Counted from the first letter of the stretch, positions 28,793-38,599 are shown. The stretch is DNA of 64,000 bases from Candidatus Nezhaarchaeales archaeon (GCA_038853715.1 JAWCJE010000010.1:378-64377), one strand, 5' to 3'. Numbers and translations: made by a program. Notes: generated by a model not told the origin, from the sequence alone.

Positions 28793-29479
28793 CTACCCGC
28801 TCATTAGGTCCTTTAGTAAATCTATTATTCTGAACGGCGTATCTATTACCCAGTCTACGTAGGGGCTTTCAACCTTACTTTCCGAAACTAAGATGGTCTT
28901 CATCCCTAGTAATTTTGCCGGTTTAACTTCCTCCTCCACGCGGTCGCCCATGTAGATGGCTTCGCTAGCTTTAACCCCTAAGGCTTCGAGGGCCTTAAGG
29001 TAGGGTTTAGGGCTGGTTTTAGGCTCGGTATCGCTACTGGTTATTAGTGCGTCGACGCTTTCAGGAGGTAGTTGGAGCGCCTCCATGGTTTTAAGCGCGT
29101 GAGGCCTACCGGAGTTAGTTATGATGGCCACCTTTAACCCCATGGCGTGAAGGGCATCCATTAACCCCTTAATCCTAGTGTCTGGCTTTAGGAACTTTGA
29201 GTAGTTAAGCCTTTTAGAGAGTTCCTCGTAAAAGTAGTGCCTTGAAACCCCTATGAGCTCGATGGCCTGGGTTAACGTTACGCAGGCCTTCCTCGCCTCC
29301 ATTAGCCTTCGCTCCGCGTGATCTTCGGTAACGCCTAGCTTCTCCGAGATTATTTCAAGGGTTTTACGCTTAATCTCAGCCTCGTAAGGCTTCGACCTGT
29401 AGAGGGTTCCATCTAGGTCTGTTAGAACGGCCTTTACGGTCATAGAGGTCCATCCATTAGATCCTTCGCTTACCTCCAC
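28793..29479 (-). CDS. HAD-superfamily hydrolase (phosphatase)
   Basis: It has HAD motif I (VLTDLDGTLY) and a C-terminal GDR/D motif (YMGDRVEEE). Confidence 0.7.
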   Translation of the reverse strand: MEVSEGSNGWTSMTVKAVLTDLDGTLYRSKPYEAEIKRKTLEIISEKLGVTEDHAERRLMEARKACVTLTQAIELIGVSRHYFYEELSKRLNYSKFLKPDTRIKGLMDALHAMGLKVAIITNSGRPHALKTMEALQLPPESVDALITSSDTEPKTSPKPYLKALEALGVKASEAIYMGDRVEEEVKPAKLLGMKTILVSESKVESPYVDWVIDTPFRIIDLLKDLMSG

Positions 29480-29746
29480 TACGAGCCTATTTAAACCTTA
29501 ACTTAAGGTTCGCGTCATACACGAGGGCTTACGATGGGGTATTTTGCGGCTTAGAAGGATGGATTGAAGCCGTCTTCGAGGCTAAAGCCCCTACTGGAGG
29601 TATAGGTTTCACTTTTCAACCTATATTCCTACTGGAGTTTTGGATGGAAAAATTCTTAATAGGCTGGCTTCAAAACCTAGGGGAAGGCCCCTTAAAGTAC
29701 GTATGGATGGCCGGGGTCTATTAACGTAGGTAGGTGTACTTAGTTT

Positions 29747-30544
29747 ATGAGTACGCGGCCCCGTATTGGGGTACTTGTTAAGGCGGCTTTAAACGTAGGG
29801 CAACTCCTCGTTGAGGATGGGAAGCCCCTATTGGAAAGTACTCCTTTAAAGATTAGCGATATCGATCGGAACGCCGTTGAGGAGGCTGTAAGAATTAAGG
29901 AGAGGCTGGGGGGGTTTATCTCGGCTTTTTCAGCCCTTACTTGGGGTCCTCTCGATAAGAGGGTGGAGGAGGGTAAAGCGGTTCTTAGGGAGGGTCTGGC
30001 TATGGGTGTTGACGAGGCTTATCTAATAGTTGACGGAAGACTGGTTGGCGCTGATAGCTTCTTAGTGGGTACGGCTATCTCTACCGCTATTAAGAGGCTT
30101 GGAGGGGTTGACGTTATTCTTGCCGGTGAAGGCTCCATAGACGATTACGCCGGCCAGGTTGGGCCTAGGGTTGCTGAAGAGCTAGGTATACCCGTTGTTT
30201 CTTACGCTAGGAGGATCGATGTTAAGGATAAGGCTTTGGTGGTGGAAAGGGATTTAGAGGGGCATATCGAGGTTGTTGAGGTTAAGCCACCGGCTTTTGT
30301 CTCCGTTACGAGGGAGATAAACCTACCTCGCTTACCTACGTCGTTACAGGTTAGAATGGCGTTTAGGAAGCCGTTGAAGGTCTTAAGCCTTTCGGACTTA
30401 GGGGTTGAAGCTAAGGCTTTAACCAGTACGGTTAGTTTGAAGGGTCTACAAGTGAGACGTAAAAAGGTGGCTATTAAGGGGGATGACGTTAACGCGTTAG
30501 CCGAAAACCTAGTGAAGGAACTATTGAAGGAAGGCGTTCTATGA
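29747..30544 (+). CDS. etfB: Electron transfer flavoprotein beta subunit
   Basis: It shows typical EtfB/FixA architecture and conserved segments. It is translationally coupled to etfA, with only a 1-bp gap. Confidence 0.7.
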   Translation: MSTRPRIGVLVKAALNVGQLLVEDGKPLLESTPLKISDIDRNAVEEAVRIKERLGGFISAFSALTWGPLDKRVEEGKAVLREGLAMGVDEAYLIVDGRLVGADSFLVGTAISTAIKRLGGVDVILAGEGSIDDYAGQVGPRVAEELGIPVVSYARRIDVKDKALVVERDLEGHIEVVEVKPPAFVSVTREINLPRLPTSLQVRMAFRKPLKVLSLSDLGVEAKALTSTVSLKGLQVRRKKVAIKGDDVNALAENLVKELLKEGVL

Positions 30545-30545
30545 G

Positions 30546-31499
30546 GTGGCGTATTTGAAGCTGCTAACCGTATTAAGGTTTAAAGCTGATTTAGAGCTTT
30601 TAGGGTTCGCTAAAAGGTTGATGGAGTTAGGCGTTAACCCCGTGGTTGAAGCCTTAATTTTCGGAGGAGATTTAGAGGAAGCGCAGGACTATGTAGTTAG
30701 GGGCGCTAGGAAGGTATACGTGGTTGAAGGTGACCCTCGAAACCTTGATTGGCTATTAGCTTCAATACTTAAAGCCTTCGAACTATCTAAGCCTGATTAC
30801 CTACTGCTTTTAAGCGATAAGAATGGTAAGGAGGTTGGTGCTAGGGTTGCTCAACGCTTAAAGGCGGGGTCCATAGCGGATGTAGTTGACGTAGTAAGGG
30901 TAAACGGCGAGATAAGTTTCGTTAGAATAGTTTTAAGTGGTAAAGCGATATCCTACGAGAAGTCCGTTACGCCTACCGTAATCCTAGTTTCACCTAGGAA
31001 GTTCGAACCGCCGCCTCCACAGCAACAGCTAGGTGAAGTCTTAAGCTTAAAGGTGCCTAAGCCGGATGAAAGGGTTAAGGTCGTTAGGATCGAGGAGAAG
31101 AGGAAGGCTGAGTTAAAGCTTGAAGAGGCCGAGTTCATAGTGGCCGTCGGCCGAGGGTTAAAGAGGCAGGAGGACCTTAAAATTGTTCAGGAGCTAGCTC
31201 AGCTATTAGGGGCGCAGGTTGGCTGTACTAGGCCTATAGCCGCCGATATGGGCTGGCTACCTGAATGGATCGGCTTCTCCGGTAAGAAGGTTAAACCTAG
31301 GCTTTACCTAGCCTTAGGCATATCTGGGCAGACGCAGCACGTAACTGGGATTATGGACTCGAAGGTTGTAGTAGCCGTCAATAAGGACGTGAAGGCGCCA
31401 ATCTTCGACTACGCGGATTACTACGTGGTAAGCGACCTCTACGAGTACGTTCCAGCCTTAATAAAGGCGTTAAAAAGGCTGAGTAGGAAAGAAGCTTGA
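30546..31499 (+). CDS. etfA: Electron transfer flavoprotein alpha subunit
   Basis: Its C-terminal FAD-binding region (GISGQTQHVTGIMDSKVVVAVNKDVKAPIF...ADYYVVSDL) is EtfA/FixB-like. Confidence 0.75.
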   Translation: MAYLKLLTVLRFKADLELLGFAKRLMELGVNPVVEALIFGGDLEEAQDYVVRGARKVYVVEGDPRNLDWLLASILKAFELSKPDYLLLLSDKNGKEVGARVAQRLKAGSIADVVDVVRVNGEISFVRIVLSGKAISYEKSVTPTVILVSPRKFEPPPPQQQLGEVLSLKVPKPDERVKVVRIEEKRKAELKLEEAEFIVAVGRGLKRQEDLKIVQELAQLLGAQVGCTRPIAADMGWLPEWIGFSGKKVKPRLYLALGISGQTQHVTGIMDSKVVVAVNKDVKAPIFDYADYYVVSDLYEYVPALIKALKRLSRKEA

Positions 31500-31555
31500 A
31501 GGCCTTTAGGGTTTAAGGATTCACTCCGTAAAACTCGATACTGGGTTATGCTGTC

Positions 31556-33586
31556 TTATAACGCCTCGAAGACTATTTCGGCTATATCTTTAACCTCGAC
31601 CTTCCCCTCTAACCCCTCAATCTTTAAGGCGTCCGATAGCATTAATAGGCAGAAGGGGCATTGAGTCGCTATAAGGTTAGCGCCAGTCTTAACTAGTTCT
31701 CTAAGCCTTAATACGCTTATCCGCTCCCTTTCGGGGACATCATACCAGTAGTTGGCTCCTCCAGCACCACAACAGAATGTTTCGTGTTTCGTTCTTTCGG
31801 GTTCTATGATTCGCATTTTTAAGCCTAGGCTTAAAACGCTCCTATAAGGTCTTGTCGCCGCGTTATACCTAGATAGGTAGCAAGGGTCGTGAATAGTGAT
31901 AATTCCTGTCCGCTGGTTAAGCTTTAACCTACCGGTTTTAATTAGGTTGTCCAGTAGCTCGGAATGGTGTATAACTTGAAGCCTAACCCCGAAGCTAGGG
32001 TATTCGTTTTTAAACGTATTATAGCAGTGGGGGCATAGTACTAGTAGGTTCTTAACGTTATACTTGGTGAAGAGCTCCGTATTAGTGAGGACGAACTCCT
32101 GAAACCTCCCCTCTTCACCTAGCCTTCGTGCTGGATCGCCGCAGCAGGTTTCATTCGACCTTAGGGTGGCCACTTTTACCCCCGCCTTCTCCAATAAGGC
32201 CGCTAAGGATTGGACTACGAGTCTTATTCTTCCATCGTATGAGGCTAAACAGCCTAGCCATAAAACGTAGTCGCTGTTAGGTGCTTCATCCAAGCTCCTT
32301 ACGTTCAGCTCTGAAAGCCAGCGATGCCTATCGGCTTGCGGTAAGCCTAACGAGTTATTCGAGTAAGCCAAGTTTTGTAGTAGGCTTTGCTTCTTAACGT
32401 CGACCTTGCCGCTCGCTACTAGCCATCTCCTAAGCTCCACGATAAGGTCCACATGGTTAATCCTCACCGGACACGCGTATAGACATGCTCCGCAGGTTGT
32501 ACAGGACCATACTTCATCCTCACCTACCGCGTCGTCTACGATCTTGAATGATGCCTTAGCTTTCAACCCTTCAACCACTTTACTCCTAATCCTCCTAATG
32601 AAGCCGCTTGGAAGTAGCTGCCTACCGGATTCGGCGGCGGGGCAACGTCGATCGCACCTACCGCAGTTCATGCAGCAATCCATCATTAACCGCTTATCCC
32701 ATGGAACGTCCTTAACCTCACCGTAGCCGACCTTAAGCCCTTCAACACCTCCTTCGAGGAGGGCCTTAAGGTTAAAGGGGGTTGGTAGTTCCCCTAACAC
32801 CCGCTTACCGTTTAGGTAGGCGTTGAAGGGGGTAATGATAAGGTGCCAAAGCTTCGTGTAAGGCGTAGCAGCTATGAGCGTTAAGGCGATTACCGCGTGG
32901 AACCACCATAAGGCTACATGGACGTTAGGCTCCGCTAACCTTAAGCTAACGCACAGGTAAGCGAAGAAGCTACCTATCGGCGTCCACGAGGACCATGAAG
33001 GGTTTAGTACCGCTATTCTAACCCCTCTAACCATAAAGCCTGAAAGGGCGCAAATCATGATCAACAGTAGGATCACGTAGTCTTCAGCCTTAGACTCTAG
33101 GTATTTAGGCTTAAGGAAAAGCCTCCTCCACATCGCCACTAGGACGCCGAAGATTAGTAGGCCGCCGCCGAAAACGTCGTTAATAGCTTTAAAAAGCGTA
33201 AGGAAGGTGCCTGCGAGAAGCTTAACCCTTAATATGGGGGTTACTAAGTAGTGGTCGAGGGCGATAGTTAACGTGGATAATCCTAGTATGAGCATACTGT
33301 AAAACATTGGAAGGTGGACTAAGGCTCCGTATCCCTCGTTAACTACCCTTCGCTGAAGAAATACGTCTAGGAAAGCCTCTTTTAAACTGCTATCCTTAGC
33401 TTTAAAGGCTGAAAAAAAGCTTCTTAAGCTAGGAGGAGCGTAACCTTGAAGCCTTCGGTAAACACCGTAGGAAAACACTCCAACGCTAATGAGCGTTAAA
33501 ACGTAGAAGAGCGTAGGGGTCCAAGGTGGGAGCAATAGGAATTCGACGTATTGCTGGCCGCCTTCAATCATCAAGAACGCCTTCAC
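31556..33586 (-). CDS. Membrane-anchored Fe-S oxidoreductase, an HdrE-like TM domain fused to HdrD-like 2x[4Fe-4S] and CCG domains
   Basis: It has about 6 N-terminal TM helices, two ferredoxin motifs (CMNCGRCDRRCP and CTTCGACLYACP) and two CCG motifs (CCGDPA and CCGAGG). Confidence 0.65.
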   Translation of the reverse strand: MKAFLMIEGGQQYVEFLLLPPWTPTLFYVLTLISVGVFSYGVYRRLQGYAPPSLRSFFSAFKAKDSSLKEAFLDVFLQRRVVNEGYGALVHLPMFYSMLILGLSTLTIALDHYLVTPILRVKLLAGTFLTLFKAINDVFGGGLLIFGVLVAMWRRLFLKPKYLESKAEDYVILLLIMICALSGFMVRGVRIAVLNPSWSSWTPIGSFFAYLCVSLRLAEPNVHVALWWFHAVIALTLIAATPYTKLWHLIITPFNAYLNGKRVLGELPTPFNLKALLEGGVEGLKVGYGEVKDVPWDKRLMMDCCMNCGRCDRRCPAAESGRQLLPSGFIRRIRSKVVEGLKAKASFKIVDDAVGEDEVWSCTTCGACLYACPVRINHVDLIVELRRWLVASGKVDVKKQSLLQNLAYSNNSLGLPQADRHRWLSELNVRSLDEAPNSDYVLWLGCLASYDGRIRLVVQSLAALLEKAGVKVATLRSNETCCGDPARRLGEEGRFQEFVLTNTELFTKYNVKNLLVLCPHCYNTFKNEYPSFGVRLQVIHHSELLDNLIKTGRLKLNQRTGIITIHDPCYLSRYNAATRPYRSVLSLGLKMRIIEPERTKHETFCCGAGGANYWYDVPERERISVLRLRELVKTGANLIATQCPFCLLMLSDALKIEGLEGKVEVKDIAEIVFEAL

Positions 33587-33739
33587 ACTCGGTGACGAAG
33601 ATGAAGTTTAAAAACTTTTACGAAGAATTGATGTTGGGGGTTCGTGTATGTATAACCCTATTGAGGAGGCCGTTAGGCTTGAAAGGCTCGTAGTTAACGG
33701 GTTGCTACGTAAGTATTATAGGCCTGTAAGGGCTGGCCG

Positions 33740-34432
33740 TTGGTACGGTGGAAAGCGGTAATCGTTAAGCCGCCCGCTATCGCCACGGCCGATTGTGTAG
33801 GATGCCCTTTGAAATGCGTTTTCTGCTGGAGTAATGCTCCGAGGGATAATCCATCCTCTATTGGTAGGTTTTACAGCCCCCATGAAATATTTAAGGGGTT
33901 AGATGCATGCGCTAAGAAGCACGGTTATACGCAGTTAAGGGTTAGCGGTAACGAGCCTACGTTAGGTAGGGACCATCTATTAAGGCTTTTAGAGTTGGTT
34001 GAGGGGCATGGAGGCTACACCTTCATACTTGAGACTAATGGAATACTGCTAGGGTATGATGTGGAGTACGCTAAGGCTTTATCTAGGTTTAGCAGGGTCC
34101 ATGTACGCGTAAGCCTTAAGGGGACTAATAGTAATGAGTTTGCTATGCTTACGGGAGCCGTACCTGAAGGCTTTGAGCTACAGCTTAAAGCCTTGAAGAA
34201 CCTGATTAACGCTGGGGTTTCTTGTCATCCGGCTGTTATGCTTAGCTTCAGCACCGATGAAGGATTGAACGAACTCTTAGAGAGGATTAAGGGTATAGAC
34301 GTAAGCCTAGCGGAAAACCTCGAAGAGGAATACGTATTCCTATATCCCCATGTTGAGAGGAGGCTTAAAGCCGCAGGTATTACGCCTAGGCTTGCTTATT
34401 CACCAAGTGACATCCCTAAGGAACTAGTATGA
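33740..34432 (+). CDS. Small radical SAM protein (COG0602 QueE/NrdG-like organic radical activating enzyme family)
   Basis: It has a CxxxCxxC motif (CPLKCVFCWSN) and a GNEPTL motif, and is 230 aa. Confidence 0.5.
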   Translation: MVRWKAVIVKPPAIATADCVGCPLKCVFCWSNAPRDNPSSIGRFYSPHEIFKGLDACAKKHGYTQLRVSGNEPTLGRDHLLRLLELVEGHGGYTFILETNGILLGYDVEYAKALSRFSRVHVRVSLKGTNSNEFAMLTGAVPEGFELQLKALKNLINAGVSCHPAVMLSFSTDEGLNELLERIKGIDVSLAENLEEEYVFLYPHVERRLKAAGITPRLAYSPSDIPKELV

Positions 34433-34552
34433 GTTTGGCCGTAAAGCCTGGTTTATGTATTCTACTAAGAGGATTAACGCTTGTTGGAACCTTAACCATT
34501 ACCTTCTTAACAGCTCATTCGCGGAATGTTTAAAATAGGGTTTTAGCCGGCT

Positions 34553-35182
34553 TTAAGCGGATCCTTCAGATTTCTCCCTAGCTTTAAGCTTATAGCTACT
34601 AATTACGTCTATCTTAGTTACTATACCTACTGGTTTACCCTTATCTACAACTAGTATTGCTGGTCTACCTTTAGATAGGAGTGCTTCGGCCTCTTCTATG
34701 GAGGATGATGGGGCTAGCATTGGGAATGGTTCATCTAGGACCGTTTGAACCTTTTGATAGAAGAGTTCTTCAGGCTTTTTACTATGGCCTAAAGCTTTAA
34801 GTATGCTATTCTCCTGAATACTGCCAATTACGCTGCCGTTCTTAATTACCGGGAGCTGTGATATGCCGTAGCGCTCCATTAGCTCGACGGCTTTCCTAAT
34901 GCTTTCGTTAGCCTTAACGCATATAACTGGGCTATGCATGATGTCGGCCACGGTTAAGGACCTCCCACTCGATGAAAGCGCGTTTAATATCCTCCTTAGG
35001 GTTGAAGCCCTAGGATCAACGGTGCCAGCTTCTATCCTAGCTATTAAGGACTGGCTTACATTAGCGCGTTTAGCGAGTTCCTTCTGCGTAAGCTTAGCCA
35101 GCTTCCTAAGCCTTCGAAGCTCTTCAGGTGTAGGGATGCTAACGCCCAAAAATTTACCCGTAGTAATCTTTGTGGAGCCCAC
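34553..35182 (-). CDS. HTH (XRE-type) transcription regulator with a tandem CBS pair
   Basis: It has an N-terminal HTH (LTQKELAKRANVSQSLIARIE) followed by two CBS motifs. Confidence 0.65.
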   Translation of the reverse strand: MGSTKITTGKFLGVSIPTPEELRRLRKLAKLTQKELAKRANVSQSLIARIEAGTVDPRASTLRRILNALSSSGRSLTVADIMHSPVICVKANESIRKAVELMERYGISQLPVIKNGSVIGSIQENSILKALGHSKKPEELFYQKVQTVLDEPFPMLAPSSSIEEAEALLSKGRPAILVVDKGKPVGIVTKIDVISSYKLKAREKSEGSA

Positions 35183-36062
35183 TAATTAATTTAAGCCCTC
35201 TAGGTTTAGGTTCAACCCTAATATCTAGTGATACATGGTACCAGTTGGGGCCTACCCGTCTTACTATCCTTCGTCCTTCCACTCGATGTTCAACCTTTAA
35301 CGCGTTAAGCTTAACGCGAACCTTTCTTTCAACCTTATCCTCGGGGTTTTCATCGCGGTAGGCATGCTCGAAGTCGTGGTAATGAATCCATCCTCCCTTA
35401 GGCTTAAGGGCTATTAACGCTACCTCTAAGTATTCGTACGCTTTTAATGGTAGTGGCATAAGAACGCGGTCCGCGGCTTCAACTAGGCTTGACTCAATAA
35501 TGCTTTTAGCGTCGCCATTAATAACGTGTACTAATCGTCTAACCCCGTTTAGCTTTACGTTCTCCTCGGCGTAACGAGATGCTTCAGGGTTGATATCGAT
35601 TGAGAATACTTCTACATCTGGTTTATATTTGGCGGCTATTATTGAGAAGCTACCGATACCGGCGAACATGTTGATGATGGTCTCGCCGGGCTTAATTAAC
35701 CGTGTAATACGCCATCTCTCATAGCTAAGTCTAGGGGTGAAGAAAGTCTTGGTTAGATCTACTTTAAACGTGCATCCATACTCCTTATGGAGGGTTTCGG
35801 TACGTTTTTCACCAGCTAACCATTCCACCCCGCGAACCCTATAAGCACCCGAGGTAGGATGTGTATACCTTAAAACCACGTGGACGTACTTAACCATTTT
35901 AAGTAGTGACGTAGCTATTAACTCAGCCTTAGCTTCAAGCTCCGGGGGAAGCTTGATGATGGCTATATCCCCCACCACGTCGAGTCGTTTTATAACCCTT
36001 TCAGCTGCTTCACGTCCTATCGCATTCTCCACGGCTTTAACCATCAACGTCCGCTTAGGCAA
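35154..36062 (-). CDS. Trm5/TYW2-family tRNA methyltransferase (Met-10+ like)
   Basis: It has SAM-binding motif I (INMFAGIGSFSI) and Trm5-like flanking regions. Confidence 0.65.
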   Translation of the reverse strand: MPKRTLMVKAVENAIGREAAERVIKRLDVVGDIAIIKLPPELEAKAELIATSLLKMVKYVHVVLRYTHPTSGAYRVRGVEWLAGEKRTETLHKEYGCTFKVDLTKTFFTPRLSYERWRITRLIKPGETIINMFAGIGSFSIIAAKYKPDVEVFSIDINPEASRYAEENVKLNGVRRLVHVINGDAKSIIESSLVEAADRVLMPLPLKAYEYLEVALIALKPKGGWIHYHDFEHAYRDENPEDKVERKVRVKLNALKVEHRVEGRRIVRRVGPNWYHVSLDIRVEPKPRGLKLISGLHKDYYG

Positions 36063-36185
36063 ACTTAAACCCCCTTAAGCGTTCGTACGGCTTAAGGCGG
36101 ACTTAATAGGCAGGTTTTAAAGCTAACATTTTCAGTTTAAACCTATAGAAATAGTCTCCTTCCATCCGTTGAGCTAAGGATTAAA

Positions 36186-36249
36186 GTTATCTCAAAACCC
36201 TTAATAAGAGGTTGATCGGTCAAGTTAAAGAATGGAGTTTTGAGATAAC
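36186..36249. repeat. Perfect 13-bp inverted repeat (GTTATCTCAAAAC / GTTTTGAGATAAC) with a 38-nt loop
   Basis: The arms are at 36186-36198 and 36237-36249, in the divergent intergenic region between the Trm5 gene and 36392-36796. Confidence 0.6.
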
Positions 36250-36391
36250 CTCGATTGTTAAAGCTAGTCTAGATAATCTGGCTACGCGTAATAGTATCCC
36301 CGGTTCAGGTATTTAATAACGCTTTAACTTACGCTTAATGTGTAAGAAGAATTAAAAGGTAAGAAATGTAAGAAAGCAGAGTTGGCTAGGA

Positions 36392-36796
36392 ATGTCTAAA
36401 GGGAGTTTTAGTAGATTGGGGGTTCTGGAGGGTATTAAAGTTCTATTCGAGTTTGAAGGATACGGAGTTGTTAAAGGTGAAATTGTTAGGGTTTTAGCGC
36501 CTAGAACCGTTGAAGCGTTATACGCCGCCCTACCTATAAGGTCGCGCGTTTACCGTTGGAGGGAGGGAGTTTACTTTGAAACCTCGGTTGTCCGAGGATT
36601 GGAGAAGCCGAGGGTTGAAGTTAACCCTGGCGATATCTGCTATTACGCTAGGAGTAAAGCTGTATGCCTATTCCACGATAAAGCTAAACCGCTAGGAGGG
36701 ATAACTTTACTGGGACGCGTAGTGGAAAACTTGGAGCTACTACCGAGGGTTAAATCGGGTAGTTTTGTGCTTATGAGGGTGAACTCGACGTTTTAA
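36392..36796 (+). CDS. Hypothetical protein (cyclophilin-like fold?)
   Basis: It is 134 aa. I did not recognise a specific family. Confidence 0.35.
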   Translation: MSKGSFSRLGVLEGIKVLFEFEGYGVVKGEIVRVLAPRTVEALYAALPIRSRVYRWREGVYFETSVVRGLEKPRVEVNPGDICYYARSKAVCLFHDKAKPLGGITLLGRVVENLELLPRVKSGSFVLMRVNSTF

Positions 36797-36885
36797 ACGT
36801 TAAGCTCTTCTTTAAACCCTATCGTTTAAGTTGGCTGGTTAATCTCCTGCTAAGGGTTTTTACGTTAAAATGGGGGCGGTAAAAA

Positions 36886-37242
36886 TCATGATAAAGAGAC
36901 GAATCTAGGCTTTTCGCGGATACTTACGATCGGAATTACCATATAGCCTGGCCGTGTACCTTCAGATACTAATATGGTCTCTTTAGGTTCCTCGGCTTTT
37001 ATAAGTATATAGTTACCCGGTAGCGGTTCGTCCGTCTCATGGAAGTAGAATAGGGGTACGCCGTATAGCTCGTAGAAGTCGTGGAAGACCGCGAAGATAC
37101 CGTATACGTGTTTATCCTGATGCTTAAAGTGTATAACGTAGACCGGTTGTCCGAGCGCTGCCATTGAAGCCGCGAAGCGCGCGAGGTCGTTTAATCCTTC
37201 AACGCGGAGGGCTTCTATAGTTTTTACTTCATGGGCCTTCAT
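36886..37242 (-). CDS. Hypothetical protein
   Basis: It is 118 aa and rich in His, Tyr and Phe. It matches no family I recognise. Confidence 0.35.
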   Translation of the reverse strand: MKAHEVKTIEALRVEGLNDLARFAASMAALGQPVYVIHFKHQDKHVYGIFAVFHDFYELYGVPLFYFHETDEPLPGNYILIKAEEPKETILVSEGTRPGYMVIPIVSIREKPRFVSLS

Positions 37243-37317
37243 AGCTTACCGCCTTAATCGTAATTCATGAACCTTAATAAATCCTTTTTGGAACGCGTAT
37301 TGTAGTTGCGTTTTTTA

Positions 37318-37443
37318 TGTTGTGACACATTATGTGGTTGTGTTGTAACGCGTTATATAATTGTGTTGTAACATGTATTGTGGTTGTGTTGTAGCGTATT
37401 ACGTAGTCATGCTGTGACAAGTATTATACGCGTGTAGTATTCG
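37318..37443. repeat. Degenerate tandem repeat array of about 4.5 units of 23 bp (TGTTGTRACRNGTWWTRTRRTTG)
   Basis: Units start at 37318, 37341, 37364, 37387 and 37413. The units are contiguous with no unique spacers. The array lies in a 478-bp intergenic region. Confidence 0.55.
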
Positions 37444-37720
37444 TCTAGAGTATCGCACCTCATAAGTATGGGCTGTTTTTAAGCTTATAGTCTTCTTTAA
37501 ACCTTGGCCCTGAGCTGGTAGCTGGAGCTTGAGACTTTTGGCATTATGCTTCAGCTTATCGGTAGTAATATCATCAAAGGTTAAGCGTGATCTCTATGGT
37601 CAAAGCGTTTGAGGCCTTTATTTGGCTTAACTACTGCATTAACTTCTTTACCGTTAACGTTTTAAGCGGTAAGCTTTGACGTTCACCTCGACAGAAATCG
37701 AGGGGCTCTGTTTTTAACGG

Positions 37721-38599
37721 TTAACGCTTTACCTTAGATATTACGTAGTTTATGATTGCGTCGGCTATGTTTATTGAAGTTACTGATTGTAAACCATGCC
37801 ATCCCGGTTGACTGTTGATCTCAACCACGTAGAAGCCGTTCTTACTTTCTAGAATATCGACCCCCGCTATTTCACACCCTAATAGTTTAGCCGATTTAAT
37901 TGCTAATTCCATTGCTTCACCGGTTAGATTTAAGGGTATGGGTTTAGCTCCTTGAGCTACGTTGGTCTTCCAGCTTTGAGCTACCCGGTACATTGCTGCT
38001 ACTACGCCATCACCGACTACGAAGGCTCTAATGTCCTTGACGCCGTGAGGAATGAACTCCTGTACGTAGATAACGTTACGCGTAAAGGCTAACGCCCTGA
38101 AGACCCTTGAAGCTGTCTCCCTATCAGTAAGCCTGGTAACTCCTAAACCTCGAGCTCCGAACATCGGTTTACATACTACGTCGCCGCCGAGCTCATCGAA
38201 GGCTTCAAGGGCTGAGGCCGGGCTCTCAGTTACGATAGTGCGTGGAACCGGTATTCCATGCTCGTTGAGAAGGGATATAGCGTAGTACTTATCCATGCTT
38301 CGCTCTATGGCTGAGGGGTTATTAATAATCGTTAAGCCAAGCCTATGTAGTTTATGTAGAACGTCGATCCTAAATACGCATTCATCAATAGATCCTCTAC
38401 CTATAGGTCTAACTATTAACGCGGAGAGGTCTACGGCTAGGTTAAGCCCTAATGCCGTTACTGGCTTCTGTAGGTTCACCCTAGCCGTTAAATCGTTAAA
38501 CCTGAAGAAGAATGGTTCAACCCCGAGCTTAATACAAGATGCTTTAAGCTGTTGGGGGGCCCAGGCGTTAGCATTACGGGTTAAAATACCAATCCTCAA
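37721..38599 (-). CDS. RimK-family ATP-grasp ligase (LysX/ArgX/MptN/CofF-like)
   Basis: It has ATP-grasp motifs and a RimK-type N-terminus (MRIGILTRN...) and C-terminus (EINSQPGW), and is 292 aa. Confidence 0.7.
   Translation of the reverse strand: MRIGILTRNANAWAPQQLKASCIKLGVEPFFFRFNDLTARVNLQKPVTALGLNLAVDLSALIVRPIGRGSIDECVFRIDVLHKLHRLGLTIINNPSAIERSMDKYYAISLLNEHGIPVPRTIVTESPASALEAFDELGGDVVCKPMFGARGLGVTRLTDRETASRVFRALAFTRNVIYVQEFIPHGVKDIRAFVVGDGVVAAMYRVAQSWKTNVAQGAKPIPLNLTGEAMELAIKSAKLLGCEIAGVDILESKNGFYVVEINSQPGWHGLQSVTSINIADAIINYVISKVKR

Noticed and set aside
29520-29590. A 66-nt segment with complementary ends (GGGCTTAC ... TAAAGCCC), initially considered as a tRNA
   Set aside because: It is too short, and it lacks D-loop and T-loop consensus elements. 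It is more likely a simple hairpin in the etf promoter region.
37318-37443. Possible CRISPR array, suggested by the repeated 23-bp units
   Set aside because: The units are directly contiguous and degenerate, with no unique spacers. No cas genes are nearby, and the repeats are neither of CRISPR length nor of CRISPR regularity.
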